Positions 27,607 through 38,252 of a DNA stretch of 64,000 bases are shown in pieces. The stretch's first letter is position 1. Every line of letters starts with the position of its first letter. A model generated the notes under the pieces. It ran no database searches, was not told the origin of the DNA, and saw nothing but the letters and a program-made list of their open reading frames with translations. A program made the position numbers and the translations under genes. This stretch comes from a virus (Duplodnaviria; Caudoviricetes), in IMG/VR virus record IMGVR_UViG_2706796186_000001, positions 96,001 to 160,000 of that record; one strand, 5' to 3'.

Positions 27607-28980
27607 ATGCTTTTTTATTCTAAGGAGGCAGCGCTGCTCGTGTATGACCAAGTCAATCGGGATAATCCTGACTTGGTAGTAGAGTTGACGCCAGCTATCG
27701 CCGCCTTAACCAGTGGCCCGACAGTAGTATCGTCAAACGGCCGCAACACGAAAGCTGTCTTTACCGGATTTCCGGGTTCGGGGTTGCAAGGTAACGTAAC
27801 CCTTTTTTACGACCGCATTAACCTGTCGACTTTATTTAACTTTGTACCGAAAGTCTACATGCCGGATACCGTGCGCAATTATCGTGACGCGTTACCGGTT
27901 ATCAATGAAGCTTTAGGGTTGTCGTTGACCGCGAACGACATTACCACACCCGATGCGCTACTGACACAATCGTCAGCCGCACCCCAGTCAGGCAAAATCA
28001 CAATCGTCGGTAACTGTCCGGCCTTTACCGGTGCCATCAGCTTTACGTATATGCTGGAAGGGGCAGGCTTTTATCCTGACTCAGGCCCTGGACCGAAAAC
28101 CTTATTACAAGGTGACAGCCTGCGTGGTTATTTCGGTGTGGTGGATTCCGCTGAACTCTTTACCCACAAGGCGATTATCGACGCCGTGTTCTTAAAAGGA
28201 ACGAAGCCGGTGTTGAGTCCCGGTACCGAAGGGTGGCACAAGTTCTTCTATCAAGGACGGGTGCTGTACTTCCCGGTGAGCGCTATCGGCTACACTATTG
28301 CTTGGCAGACGTTGTACGGCGAAGGATTGGTCTATGGCGTAGATGGCCCTGGCCCCTATCCGTCGGGCACGCCGGTTGACCAAGGTCGCATTATTGCTGC
28401 CGACTCCGTCAGCGAAGGCCGCTTCTATTACCGCTGTCGTTTACCGTCGCTGGGCAAAGACCCGGTGTCGGCGACCAACCTGCTACCGGCAACGGAATAC
28501 GCGGGCAGTGAACTAGAGATGTTCAATTATCTCTATAACGGAAAGTGGGCAGCATTGCGGGGCGCTGCATGGACGGTGTACATCATGACGCAGGCCAGTG
28601 TCGTGGGGACGTTAACCAACCACAAGGTTATTACCGGTTCTCTTGCCGCTTCAACCAACATACCGAAAACCATGGCGAGCACGAGTTACACCTGGTTCCC
28701 GGTGCTGGAGTTGGTTGACAAAAACGGCACGACCTTAGGACTGGAAGAGATCAAGGGTAACGTTGATCATACGCTCTACCCGATTCTTTTCGATACCACT
28801 AACACGATGGAACTCCATCCGGTGGTGTTAGGTAATCCACGTACCGTTGAATTTGCCCCGGTGCTGTTCTCTGCGGATAACAGTATGGCGTTGCATCCGG
28901 TGACGTTAGGCTTACCGAAGACCGTAGACTTCACCCCCATCACCTTTACGGCTGAGCTATATACCCCGCCGGAAAGTTAA
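27607..28980 (+). CDS. Putative virion protein, A/B chimera (cassette 1, gene 1)
   Basis: Family-A N-terminus (VNRDNP, RNTK, FYDRINL) fused to a GPGPKTLLQGD..GYFG..WHKF domain; ~26-aa C-terminal repeats. Confidence 0.75.
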   Translation: MLFYSKEAALLVYDQVNRDNPDLVVELTPAIAALTSGPTVVSSNGRNTKAVFTGFPGSGLQGNVTLFYDRINLSTLFNFVPKVYMPDTVRNYRDALPVINEALGLSLTANDITTPDALLTQSSAAPQSGKITIVGNCPAFTGAISFTYMLEGAGFYPDSGPGPKTLLQGDSLRGYFGVVDSAELFTHKAIIDAVFLKGTKPVLSPGTEGWHKFFYQGRVLYFPVSAIGYTIAWQTLYGEGLVYGVDGPGPYPSGTPVDQGRIIAADSVSEGRFYYRCRLPSLGKDPVSATNLLPATEYAGSELEMFNYLYNGKWAALRGAAWTVYIMTQASVVGTLTNHKVITGSLAASTNIPKTMASTSYTWFPVLELVDKNGTTLGLEEIKGNVDHTLYPILFDTTNTMELHPVVLGNPRTVEFAPVLFSADNSMALHPVTLGLPKTVDFTPITFTAELYTPPES

Positions 28981-28992
28981 GAGGTAGTTATC

Positions 28993-29988
28993 ATGTCATT
29001 TACATTGCGTTGGAAGAACCCAAACGTAATTGCCACGGTGGTGAACATCTATCGTGACGTCAAAGATATTTCTGTTAGTGCACTACCTGCTCCGATTGCG
29101 ACGTTGTCGAACGGAGAAACCGAATGGCGTGATACCACCGCCGTGGGTGGGTCGACCTACTACTATTTGCTGACTGTGACCGCGAACGGTAAGACCGTGG
29201 CGACAGCGAGCCAGAAATACGTGGTGGAGGTCAAGCGCGGGATTGGTCCGATGACCATTATCCAGGGCGATGACCGTCTCGGTTTTATGGGCAATGTACC
29301 GTACGATGAGCAGTGGCAGCCTACTCAGATGCCTGCGAGCTTTCAGGCAATGTACCCGACGCTACTGACTGATCGTGTCAGCCTGAGTAAGTTTACCCGC
29401 AACGGTAAAATCCTGTACCTGCTCAATAGCAGCGCACAGTTCCTCGGACAGCAGTCGTGGGCGACGTTGTATCAGGCAGGGTTGGTGTACGGGACGGATG
29501 ACTTTGGGCCAGTTGGTGGCCACGGGACGTTACCCGATACCTTGCAGGATGCAAAGATTTATCACAATGGTGATGTGTATCGGATGCGTCTTGCGCGTGG
29601 ACTTACCGAAGAAGGCCAGTCACCAGCGTTTGCGTTTGACAGCAGCCTACATTTGAAAGACCACGATGCGGTCTCTGCGCTTACCGGATTTAACGAATAC
29701 AACGACCTGCTGTACAGCATGGTGGTGGATGTCCCGGTCAAACAGCGCTGGGCGAACTGGAACCAGCTTGGGTCGAATCTGTTAGGTGCGGGCAGTGTTG
29801 CCAGTAACTCGGTACTGATTAACGGTGGGGTACTTTGCCAAGAACACGACACGGCGACAGACAAGATTCTGCAACGTGGGTTGTTCTTGGCCACGACCCT
29901 GACGGCCACGTCGGCTATTCAACGTATTAACTACACCACCCCTGCTCAGCTAGGGCGTTACTTCCCTATCTTTGAGCTGGTTGAGTAA
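28993..29988 (+). CDS. Putative virion protein, FN3/Ig-like N-terminus, family B (cassette 1, gene 2)
   Basis: LRWKNPN..IYR..WRDT..YYY; GIGP..GD..GFMG; ends PIFELVE. Confidence 0.75.
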   Translation: MSFTLRWKNPNVIATVVNIYRDVKDISVSALPAPIATLSNGETEWRDTTAVGGSTYYYLLTVTANGKTVATASQKYVVEVKRGIGPMTIIQGDDRLGFMGNVPYDEQWQPTQMPASFQAMYPTLLTDRVSLSKFTRNGKILYLLNSSAQFLGQQSWATLYQAGLVYGTDDFGPVGGHGTLPDTLQDAKIYHNGDVYRMRLARGLTEEGQSPAFAFDSSLHLKDHDAVSALTGFNEYNDLLYSMVVDVPVKQRWANWNQLGSNLLGAGSVASNSVLINGGVLCQEHDTATDKILQRGLFLATTLTATSAIQRINYTTPAQLGRYFPIFELVE

Positions 29989-29997
29989 GGAACGGTC

Positions 29998-30927
29998 ATG
30001 ACTATTCGTTTAAACTGGCCGTCACAAGCGGCCAAAGGTCTCACCGCCATTGAGATTTACCGCAAGGTCGGTTGGAATGCCACGCTGGATGTTAACAATC
30101 CGGGGACTCCACACGCCACGCTTGCAGGGGACGCTACCCAGTTTGTCGATGACGTGGCAACCCTGACCAACAACACGACCTACCGTTATTGGGTGGCGGC
30201 AGTGAAAGGTACCGAACGCCTGATTGGTAATCCGATTACACAAGGCTTCTTCCTCGACACCGGACCGGGCCCACAGACGTTGAAGAGAGGCGATTGGGGT
30301 TGCGGGTATTTCGGCACCCTCACCAAAGAAGAGTTCTTCAACACCCCCGAGCTGAAAGTTCTGTTACCTGCTGGTCAAGCGGCACTGTTTGTTTACGACC
30401 CGCCGCTGTGGCACAAGTTTATTTTCCGGGGCCGTATTCTGTTCTTCCCGAACTACACCCACAGTAGCACCGCCTCGTTCGCCACCGCGTATTTGCGTGG
30501 GATGGCGTACGGCACGGATGATAACGGTCTGTATGTCCCCACTGGGCAAACTGCCACTAAACAGGACTGTAAAGTCACCAAGGACGGCCGTACTTACCGT
30601 ATCCGTTTACCGTGGGCGTTGCCTTACGATACCACCAACGGCGCGTCAGGGGATTACAATAACGGTGAATGGCGCAGTACCATGGCGCGGCTGTTTACGC
30701 GTGGCGCTAATGACCAGTCTCTTTTCGGACTTGGCATGTGGGATTCCCTGGCCAACTGGGGTACCAGTAACAGCATGTCCGACCCAGGTGCTACCGCAAT
30801 GGCACCGATGTACGGTAACGGTTATAACCTGTACTGTTACGGCTATAGCCCTGTCAATATCACTATTAACAGTAACCTCAGCTCACCGACCAGCATGCTT
30901 TTTGTGTTCGAGCTGATTTTACCGTAA
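29998..30927 (+). CDS. Putative virion protein, family B (cassette 1, gene 3)
   Basis: IRLNW..AIEIYR..NPGTP..GPGP..RGDW. Confidence 0.75.
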   Translation: MTIRLNWPSQAAKGLTAIEIYRKVGWNATLDVNNPGTPHATLAGDATQFVDDVATLTNNTTYRYWVAAVKGTERLIGNPITQGFFLDTGPGPQTLKRGDWGCGYFGTLTKEEFFNTPELKVLLPAGQAALFVYDPPLWHKFIFRGRILFFPNYTHSSTASFATAYLRGMAYGTDDNGLYVPTGQTATKQDCKVTKDGRTYRIRLPWALPYDTTNGASGDYNNGEWRSTMARLFTRGANDQSLFGLGMWDSLANWGTSNSMSDPGATAMAPMYGNGYNLYCYGYSPVNITINSNLSSPTSMLFVFELILP

Positions 30928-30940
30928 CGGAGTATCCATC

Positions 30941-32335
30941 ATGGGTCTGTATAGCAAACCCGCACTCGATTTATTGGGGGCGCTCATTAACCGGGACAAT
31001 CCGGGAGTAAAGACTCAGCTGTCGTCGTCCAACATCCTTGTGCTGGGTGGACCATTCACGACCAGTCTGGGCAACAGTGGCCGCAATACCCGTATCCAAC
31101 TGAACGGGGTTGTGGGTTCTGGCGTCAACGGAAAGATGGAATTTTTCTACGATCGTCTGAACTTAGGGGATTTGTTCAAGAACATCACCATTGTCTTTAA
31201 CGGTGATAACAAGTCGACGAAACTCAAAGATCTGCTACCGGCGTTGAATGCCCAGTATGGGTTAAACTTGACGGCAGCAGATTTGGCTACGCCCGACACC
31301 GCTTTGGATTACGGGTACACCGCAACGCCCGTCACCTTTACCATGGCCGCAACGAGTCTGGCATACCGTGGCAGTTTGACGGCAACGTGGTCACGCAAAC
31401 CGGCCGGGGTCTATCCGAAGTCTGGGCCGGGTACAAAAACACTACTGATGGGGAGTCTGCAAGAAGGCTACTTTGGCGTGGTGTCGAAGGAAGAGATGAT
31501 GACATCCGGGGAGTTCTACGCGAACTTCTTTGATGGCAAAACGGTGAACGGGACAGGGGTGTTGGTTAACAACACGCTGTTCTGGTTGAAGTTTGCGCTG
31601 GACGGAAAGTTTGTCTTTGTCCCGAGCCACAACATGATTTCGAATATCAGCTGGGATACCTTGAACGCGTTTGGTGCGGCGAATGCCGATGCCAAATACC
31701 CGATGTTCGTGCAAAAAGACGACGACCAGTTCTTTTTCCAACTGCGATTACCACGATTCTCCACCACGTTTGAGCTTCCGCCGGATCGTACTGACCCTAC
31801 TTCGGATGCGAATCGTCTGTTCAACAAGGTGCATAAGCAGTCGTACGGTAACGGGGAGTGGGCCGCGTTGACCACCGTGGATATGGCAAACGCCTTTGTC
31901 TGGTGGAACAAGCGAAATGATACCACGGCACCGTTCCCCGTTTACGTCTCGGCGTTTAACCAAGTCTCGGTAAACAATGCCCCATCCGCCAGCCAACAAA
32001 ACTGGCGGCCAGTGTTGGAACTGGTCGATGCAGCTGACTATTTGATGCCGATGCGTAACCTCCAGGCAAAATTGGAAGTACCGGTACGGAACTTTGGGTT
32101 TATTCTCACGAGTATCATCGACTCGAGTACGTTGCAGGCGATGAAAAACATCTCGGCAACACTGGCACGCGGTGTACCGGCACCGGTGTTGTACCGCCCA
32201 ACGGCGAACATCTTCAAAGCAGCGCAAGACTTCCGAGCGACGAATCCGGTACGGTCGTTTGCATTCCGGTTCACAGCGACGTATGACAGGCGGACTGATT
32301 TAGCCACCACCAATGGCGAACTGAACGGCTTTTAA
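30941..32335 (+). CDS. Putative virion protein, A/B chimera (cassette 2, gene 1)
   Basis: INRDNP, FFYDRLNL, SGPGTKTLLMG..GYFG; ends TDLATTNGELNGF. Confidence 0.75.
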   Translation: MGLYSKPALDLLGALINRDNPGVKTQLSSSNILVLGGPFTTSLGNSGRNTRIQLNGVVGSGVNGKMEFFYDRLNLGDLFKNITIVFNGDNKSTKLKDLLPALNAQYGLNLTAADLATPDTALDYGYTATPVTFTMAATSLAYRGSLTATWSRKPAGVYPKSGPGTKTLLMGSLQEGYFGVVSKEEMMTSGEFYANFFDGKTVNGTGVLVNNTLFWLKFALDGKFVFVPSHNMISNISWDTLNAFGAANADAKYPMFVQKDDDQFFFQLRLPRFSTTFELPPDRTDPTSDANRLFNKVHKQSYGNGEWAALTTVDMANAFVWWNKRNDTTAPFPVYVSAFNQVSVNNAPSASQQNWRPVLELVDAADYLMPMRNLQAKLEVPVRNFGFILTSIIDSSTLQAMKNISATLARGVPAPVLYRPTANIFKAAQDFRATNPVRSFAFRFTATYDRRTDLATTNGELNGF

Positions 32336-32346
32336 AGGATACGATT

Positions 32347-33363
32347 ATGTCATTAAAACTTTCGTGGGCGAACCCGAACACGGCAGCCACCGCGATCCGT
32401 ATCTATCGTAAAGATACGAACTTTGACTCCAGTTCCCTTCCCACGCCGCTGGCGGAGATTGGGCCATTGGAAACCAGTTACATCGACACCACGGCGGTCG
32501 AAGGCAACAGTTACTACTACGCCATCGGTACCGTGAGTGCGGTGGACGAGGTCTTTACCGCGACGCAGAAAATCGTTGCCACAGATAACCGTGGCGCGGG
32601 CCCGAACATCTTACTCGGTGGCGACACCATGCTTGGCTACTACGGTCAGATGTTAGTTGAAGACTTTGTCAACAACTCCACCATTCTGGCTGCGGCGGCA
32701 ACGCTTGCGGGATTGCCAACGGCGTTGGTATCGCCGAACTGGCACAAGTTTATCCGTAACGGAAAAATCTTGTACTTACCGGACACCAACTTCGGTAATA
32801 CTGATTACCGCTATCTGTACCAAGCGGGTTTTGTCCACGGTATTGATGCGAACGGACCGGCAGGCTTCGCGACGACGGGCCTGACACCAACGAAACAGTT
32901 GCGCACTTTTGTGCTGAAAGGTCAGACGTATAAAATCCGACTGATGCGTGGTTGGAGCGATGGTCCAGAAACGGATATCTCGGCGTACAACGGCGCGGCG
33001 GCTAACCACGATAACGTGGCGAATACCAAAGACAACGAATTCAACGACTTGGTTTACGCGTTGAATAAGTTCACGCCGTTGAAACAACGTACCCCTAACT
33101 TCATCAATCTGGAGTGGGATAAATTTGTCGGTGCGCCTACTACCAACTGGAGCAGCTCCGAGGCCCTGAGTGCCATGATTGCACAGTTCCGCATTGTGAC
33201 TCAGGAGCGCTGGCCGGGCGGCAGTGTATTATCCCGTGGCCAACGTGAAGTGACTTGGGGTCAGTATGCCTCACCACATTCGCGTGCGCATGTGTCGAAC
33301 ATCAGTTCCTCCGGGGTCACGCAAACGCTGATCTGGTTGCCAGTTATCGAACTCGTGGATTAA
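32347..33363 (+). CDS. Putative virion protein, family B (cassette 2, gene 2)
   Basis: LKLSWANPN..IYR..GAGPN..WHKFIRNGK; ends PVIELVD. Confidence 0.75.
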   Translation: MSLKLSWANPNTAATAIRIYRKDTNFDSSSLPTPLAEIGPLETSYIDTTAVEGNSYYYAIGTVSAVDEVFTATQKIVATDNRGAGPNILLGGDTMLGYYGQMLVEDFVNNSTILAAAATLAGLPTALVSPNWHKFIRNGKILYLPDTNFGNTDYRYLYQAGFVHGIDANGPAGFATTGLTPTKQLRTFVLKGQTYKIRLMRGWSDGPETDISAYNGAAANHDNVANTKDNEFNDLVYALNKFTPLKQRTPNFINLEWDKFVGAPTTNWSSSEALSAMIAQFRIVTQERWPGGSVLSRGQREVTWGQYASPHSRAHVSNISSSGVTQTLIWLPVIELVD

Positions 33364-33372
33364 GAGGTTACA

Positions 33373-34257
33373 ATGGGTATTAAATTAGATTGGGTGGATC
33401 AGTCTGCTCAACAACTCACCGCGATTGAGATTTATCGTAGCGCCACACCAATCTCTACGACTAACCCCGGTACACCGATTGTGACGTTGCCGGGTAACGC
33501 AACGAGTTATGAAGACAACACCGTCAAAAACAAATCGCGTTATTACTACCGTATTGCCGCAGTGAAGGGTAGTGATAAAAGCTTCTCGCCGAATCAACTC
33601 ACCGGCTACTTCGCGGAAACCGGACCCGGCCGTGCTACCCCGATGCGCGGGGACTGGAACGCGGGCTTTATGGATGTACTGCCGATGAACGATTTCGTCA
33701 GTATGTCATCGTTGTTTACTAAGCTCCCCGGTTTGGCGAAATACGGCGCGGTCGCAAACACTATCCCTAGCTGGTACAAGATGTGTTATCAAGGCAAAGT
33801 ATTATTTGTGCCCAGCGCGGCGATCACCAATATGTCTTGGAACGAACTGTACGCGGAGAAAGCCATCTTTGGGGAAGAAAGTACCGCGACGTTACCTAAC
33901 GGCACCTTAGCCAGCGGGAAGCTGACGGTGGAAATCGGCGGGTTGAACTATATCGTTCGCTGCCCGAAACTCTCGCCGGTGGCGTACAGCAACTACGTTA
34001 CCCTGCAAGAGCAAACGGTGGATAGCGAGTGGCGTGATACCGTCAGTCGTCTTGCGCAGCTGTCGCTTGAGCCACAGGCCGGGGCCAAAACCCGCTTGAT
34101 GGACTTGACAGGCGCTCCGTTTATCGCGGTAGGTGGACATCTTCAAAACGCCACCCAACACACTGCGATGCTGACCGCGGCCCCAGGGGCCTTGTCGTAC
34201 GGGGGTGTTAACAACCGTTATGCTATTGGGTTGATTCTTGAACTCGTCATGCCGTAA
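33373..34257 (+). CDS. Putative virion protein, family B (cassette 2, gene 3)
   Basis: IKLDW..AIEIYRS..NPGTP..GPG..RGDW..SEWR. Confidence 0.75.
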   Translation: MGIKLDWVDQSAQQLTAIEIYRSATPISTTNPGTPIVTLPGNATSYEDNTVKNKSRYYYRIAAVKGSDKSFSPNQLTGYFAETGPGRATPMRGDWNAGFMDVLPMNDFVSMSSLFTKLPGLAKYGAVANTIPSWYKMCYQGKVLFVPSAAITNMSWNELYAEKAIFGEESTATLPNGTLASGKLTVEIGGLNYIVRCPKLSPVAYSNYVTLQEQTVDSEWRDTVSRLAQLSLEPQAGAKTRLMDLTGAPFIAVGGHLQNATQHTAMLTAAPGALSYGGVNNRYAIGLILELVMP

Positions 34258-34266
34258 GGAGGGCAC

Positions 34267-35799
34267 ATGGGCTTATACGATCGTGATTCGCTGAGTTTAC
34301 TGTGTCGGCTCATCATGCGCGATAATCCCCAGCTTGCTGTAGCACTTGATCCGACCAAGGTGATGGTGCTCAGCGGACCCTTTACATCCGGTTTAGGTAC
34401 CAGCGGGCGTAATGCCCGCATTACCCTGAACGGACGGACTGGTTCAGGGATTGTTGGGAAAAAAGAATTCTTCTACGACCGCATCAACCTCGGTGCCTTA
34501 TTCAACGGCATTACCGTGGTGTTTATGGCGGCAGGCAGTGCCAAAACGTACGCCGATTTGTTACCGGCTCTCAATGAGCAGTATGGCATCACGTTGCAGG
34601 CTTCAGACCTCGCCAACGGTACCACCAAGCTGCCGCAAGCCTACACCCCTACACAGGTGACACTCACCATTGCCAGCACCTCACCGGCCTTTACAGGTAG
34701 CCTGACGGTCACCTGGACCCGAACGCCGGTAGGCACCTTCCCGGACTCGGGACCGGGCAGCAAGGTGATGTTGATTGGGGATATGAATGAAGGGTACTTC
34801 GGTTTAGTGTCCGAAGAGGAGCTGTTCAATGCCCCTGCATTGCATGCGAAGATAAACGAAGGCAATGCCAGCCCTGTCGGTACGGTTAATGCCATCCCAG
34901 CCACCCGCCACTGGTATAAGTTTGCCCGCGACGGCAAGATTGTTTATCTGGCCAGTTACAACCACATTAACATTCTCTGGCGGGATTTGTATACGCGTGG
35001 GGCAGTGTACGAAACCACCGTACCGCTCAACGATCATAAAGCCCCTGCCAGTTTGACACGCACGGTGCAGAAGTTAGCAATGCGGAAAGTGGAGAGCGGA
35101 CGGGAATGGTATTTGTCGCCATGTATGCCACGTCTGTCCGACCAGACCTCTTGGGACTATAGCGCCATTAACCAAACGCCCGACCCAACGGGTGACGTTG
35201 CCCGGCTGTTTATGAAAGTGGCAAATGCGGGAGGCTACGCTACCGGGGAATGGGACGTTCAGTCCATCGACGCCAACGGTTACTGGCAGTCCACGGCTTC
35301 TAAGTCTGACCCAGCAAAAGCCTTCGGCAGCAGCATGGTCGGTTGGAACCAGGGGATGTACGACATGCTCACCTTCACCGGGGGCTGGCGGCCGATGCTG
35401 GAGCTGATTGATCCGGCCGTTGTGGGTTTACCGTTAGAAAACTTCGTCGGTACCCCAGAGGGGGTTCTGCGTAAACCGTTGGTCACCATTAGTCCAGACA
35501 CCGGTGATATCCTGCTGCTGCTGTCGGACGTCGCGTGGGAAATCCAGGGGGCGTTGAAAAAGCCACAGGTCTCAATGTTACCCTCTCCACTGCTGAATGT
35601 CAGAGAGATAACGGCACGCGTAGCAGCAGAAACCGATCCGCTTGTGCTGGACTTTGTTACGGCACCTCTCCTGAGTGTACGGCAGACCAGCTGGCAAAAC
35701 GTATTGCGAGCACCGCAAGCACAACTTGTTGCGGAATACAAAGCATCGACAGTTGTTAATCTCGCGACTGCGAACGGTGAACTCGACGGCTTTAAATAA
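34267..35799 (+). CDS. Putative virion protein, A/B chimera (cassette 3, gene 1)
   Basis: IMRDNP, FFYDRINL, SGPGSK..GYFG; ends NLATANGELDGFK. Confidence 0.75.
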   Translation: MGLYDRDSLSLLCRLIMRDNPQLAVALDPTKVMVLSGPFTSGLGTSGRNARITLNGRTGSGIVGKKEFFYDRINLGALFNGITVVFMAAGSAKTYADLLPALNEQYGITLQASDLANGTTKLPQAYTPTQVTLTIASTSPAFTGSLTVTWTRTPVGTFPDSGPGSKVMLIGDMNEGYFGLVSEEELFNAPALHAKINEGNASPVGTVNAIPATRHWYKFARDGKIVYLASYNHINILWRDLYTRGAVYETTVPLNDHKAPASLTRTVQKLAMRKVESGREWYLSPCMPRLSDQTSWDYSAINQTPDPTGDVARLFMKVANAGGYATGEWDVQSIDANGYWQSTASKSDPAKAFGSSMVGWNQGMYDMLTFTGGWRPMLELIDPAVVGLPLENFVGTPEGVLRKPLVTISPDTGDILLLLSDVAWEIQGALKKPQVSMLPSPLLNVREITARVAAETDPLVLDFVTAPLLSVRQTSWQNVLRAPQAQLVAEYKASTVVNLATANGELDGFK

Positions 35800-35811
35800 G
35801 AGGATTTGTAA

Positions 35812-36807
35812 ATGGCCTTAAAACTAAAATGGAAGAACCCGAATGTCGGGGCGACCACCATTGACATTTATCGTGGCGATACGATTAACGTCAGTCTCAC
35901 CACACCACTGGTGACATTAACGAACGGCGAGCTGTCGTGGGTAGATACGACGGCATTGTTTGGAAAAACGTATTACTACGTCTGGGCCGTGAATACCGCA
36001 AACGACCGCGTAGTCAGTCGCCCACAGAAAATTGAGGTTAACGACCGTAAAGGCCCTGGACCCAACTTGCTGTTGCATGGTAACGAAGGCTACGGTTTCT
36101 TTGGGGTGGTTCCAGCCGCAGATTTTGTTAACAGCGGCGCTATCTTGGCCGTAGCGAAAAATCTCAGTGGTGTCCCACAAGCCACCGTGTATCCGACTTG
36201 GTATAAGTTCATTCGCAAAGGCAAGGTTCTGTTTGTACCAAACCAAAGCTTTGGCGATACCACTTGGCAAGCACTGTATAACGCGGGCTTTGTTTACGGG
36301 GTTAACAATACGGGACCGGGCGGTGCGGGAACCGTTAACCAATTAACAACGTTTGAACTGAACGGCGACCTGTTCTTAGTCCGGGCAACAAAAGCGTTTC
36401 CTGAGGAAGTGCCGTGGACGGACGGACTGGGTTCGTACGATCTTGATACCATGCCTGTGATGGCAAATGTGTACGCCGAATACGAAGACCTGCTGTATCC
36501 GATGGCCGCACACTCCCCGCTGCGTAAACGGATGGTAACGGTTGGAGATGAAAATCTCAACAGCGTCCTACCGCCCCTGTATAACACCGTCTCTCGTACT
36601 GTGATTGGGGTCTGCTGCCAGGACTACAACAACAACTTAGTGCTCCAGCGCGGGGTTGGCTATAACTCATACGGCCAATCCTCACACAACCGCAACACGC
36701 TGCGTGCCTGCAACCGTCGTACCAAGACCGATACCTGCGTCTGGTGGCCGGTGGTGGAATACATTGGGCGTGTAGGTGAAGTAGACTTGACAAAATTAGG
36801 AGTGTAA
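35812..36807 (+). CDS. Putative virion protein, family B (cassette 3, gene 2)
   Basis: LKLKWKNPN..IYR..GPGPN..WYKFIRKGK. Confidence 0.75.
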   Translation: MALKLKWKNPNVGATTIDIYRGDTINVSLTTPLVTLTNGELSWVDTTALFGKTYYYVWAVNTANDRVVSRPQKIEVNDRKGPGPNLLLHGNEGYGFFGVVPAADFVNSGAILAVAKNLSGVPQATVYPTWYKFIRKGKVLFVPNQSFGDTTWQALYNAGFVYGVNNTGPGGAGTVNQLTTFELNGDLFLVRATKAFPEEVPWTDGLGSYDLDTMPVMANVYAEYEDLLYPMAAHSPLRKRMVTVGDENLNSVLPPLYNTVSRTVIGVCCQDYNNNLVLQRGVGYNSYGQSSHNRNTLRACNRRTKTDTCVWWPVVEYIGRVGEVDLTKLGV

Positions 36808-36810
36808 GGG

Positions 36811-37713
36811 ATGGGAATCACGATTAACTGGGATGACCAGACCGACCAAGCGTTAGATGCCATCGAGGTGTATCGTTCAACATCACCGATTGACATTAAC
36901 AATCCTGGTACCCCGATTGCGACACTGGCAGGAACCGCCCGCTCGTACGAAGATACTGCGGTGAAAGTGGGGAACACGTATTACTACTGTGTGGCGGTAA
37001 AGAAGGGAGAGAACCGTTCTTTCGGTGCGGTGCAGACCCAAGGCTATTATGCTAACTTAGGTCCTGGACCACAGCGGTTGTTACGCGGAGATTGGGTACG
37101 CGGCTACTTCGGTGAAATGTCTCCAGCTGACTGGGTGACCCCGGCGGATGTGGCTAACAAAATCAAGGATGCGCTCAAGTCCACCACGGGGATCACTTTC
37201 ACAACCAGCACCGGCTCTATCTGGTTCAAGTTTATCTATAAAGGGAAGATTCTCTTTATTCCGAACCTGAACCTGTTGAACAGCAGCAACTGGACAACCG
37301 GCTACAATGCTGGGTTTATTTTCGGCACTGACGATTTTGGAAACTCACCAACGGGTGTCCCCGGTGCCGTTAACCAACGTTGTGTGATTGAAATCGCTGG
37401 ACTTCAGTACATCGCTCGTGCGATTCGTCTGTCAGAAAAACCGACTACCCAATACCTGACCGACCAGCTGGACTTTAATGACAGCGAATGGAAGTCTACC
37501 TATGCACGACTGCGGGCCGACGGGTTAGCCATTACCGACCCAACAGTACAACCGCGAGTGAATGACTTGAGCAGTCTTAACAGCACAGGCAGCGCGCATA
37601 TGGCCGACGCTAACAACAGCGCCGCGGTTATTAGCAGCGCTCCTGAAACCTTGGGCAAAACCCCGAAAACTTCGGGTATTGGCTGGATGGTTGTACTCGA
37701 ACTGTTGCAATAA
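36811..37713 (+). CDS. Putative virion protein, family B (cassette 3, gene 3)
   Basis: ITINW..AIEVYRS..NPGTP..GPGP..RGDW..SEWK. Confidence 0.75.
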   Translation: MGITINWDDQTDQALDAIEVYRSTSPIDINNPGTPIATLAGTARSYEDTAVKVGNTYYYCVAVKKGENRSFGAVQTQGYYANLGPGPQRLLRGDWVRGYFGEMSPADWVTPADVANKIKDALKSTTGITFTTSTGSIWFKFIYKGKILFIPNLNLLNSSNWTTGYNAGFIFGTDDFGNSPTGVPGAVNQRCVIEIAGLQYIARAIRLSEKPTTQYLTDQLDFNDSEWKSTYARLRADGLAITDPTVQPRVNDLSSLNSTGSAHMADANNSAAVISSAPETLGKTPKTSGIGWMVVLELLQ

Positions 37714-37755
37714 AAAAAGATAACCTCTATACCCCGAAGGGTATAGAGGTCTTTT
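37711..37755. terminator. Bidirectional terminator
   Basis: ACCTCTATACCC-CGAA-GGGTATAGAGGT flanked by A- and T-tracts between convergent genes. Confidence 0.85.
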
Positions 37756-38210
37756 CATTTCTCGTCAGGACTCGTGGCACACTGCAAGAACGTCATACCC
37801 TCGCCGTTACCGGTAGTCGGGTCAACCGTAGAGTACGAGTAGGTTGCGTTCTTACCTTGGCTGCCGTGTAAGCGGTAATAGCGGGTGCCGGTAAACAGAT
37901 CAACGCTACCGTCAATTTTACCGAGCAAGTCTTTATACAGTTGCGGCGTTTGAACATCACCGCCCGGATAACTGGCGTGCCATGTGGCCCCGTTGTCGAC
38001 CACGGTAACAGAGAAGGGCATCAATTCAAGCTTACCGAGTTGCGGTTGATACTTGACAAAAGTCTCTTTTGCAGCGCTACACTGATAGACCGTGAACTCG
38101 GTCGCTGCAACTGGAATGGTGCCAAATTGGTCCGTTGTGTTCGGTGCCATTGCACAGCCCGCGGCCAACATAATCAGCGCGACGAATAACATTTGAAGTT
38201 TACGCATCAT
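37755..38210 (-). CDS. Putative lipoprotein
   Basis: Signal peptide MMRKLQMLFVALIMLAAGC with a lipobox; AGGTAGG RBS. Confidence 0.75.
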   Translation of the reverse strand: MMRKLQMLFVALIMLAAGCAMAPNTTDQFGTIPVAATEFTVYQCSAAKETFVKYQPQLGKLELMPFSVTVVDNGATWHASYPGGDVQTPQLYKDLLGKIDGSVDLFTGTRYYRLHGSQGKNATYSYSTVDPTTGNGEGMTFLQCATSPDEK

Positions 38211-38252
38211 TTCCCTACCTTTCACAGTTTCGATTTTATTAGTGACAAACGT

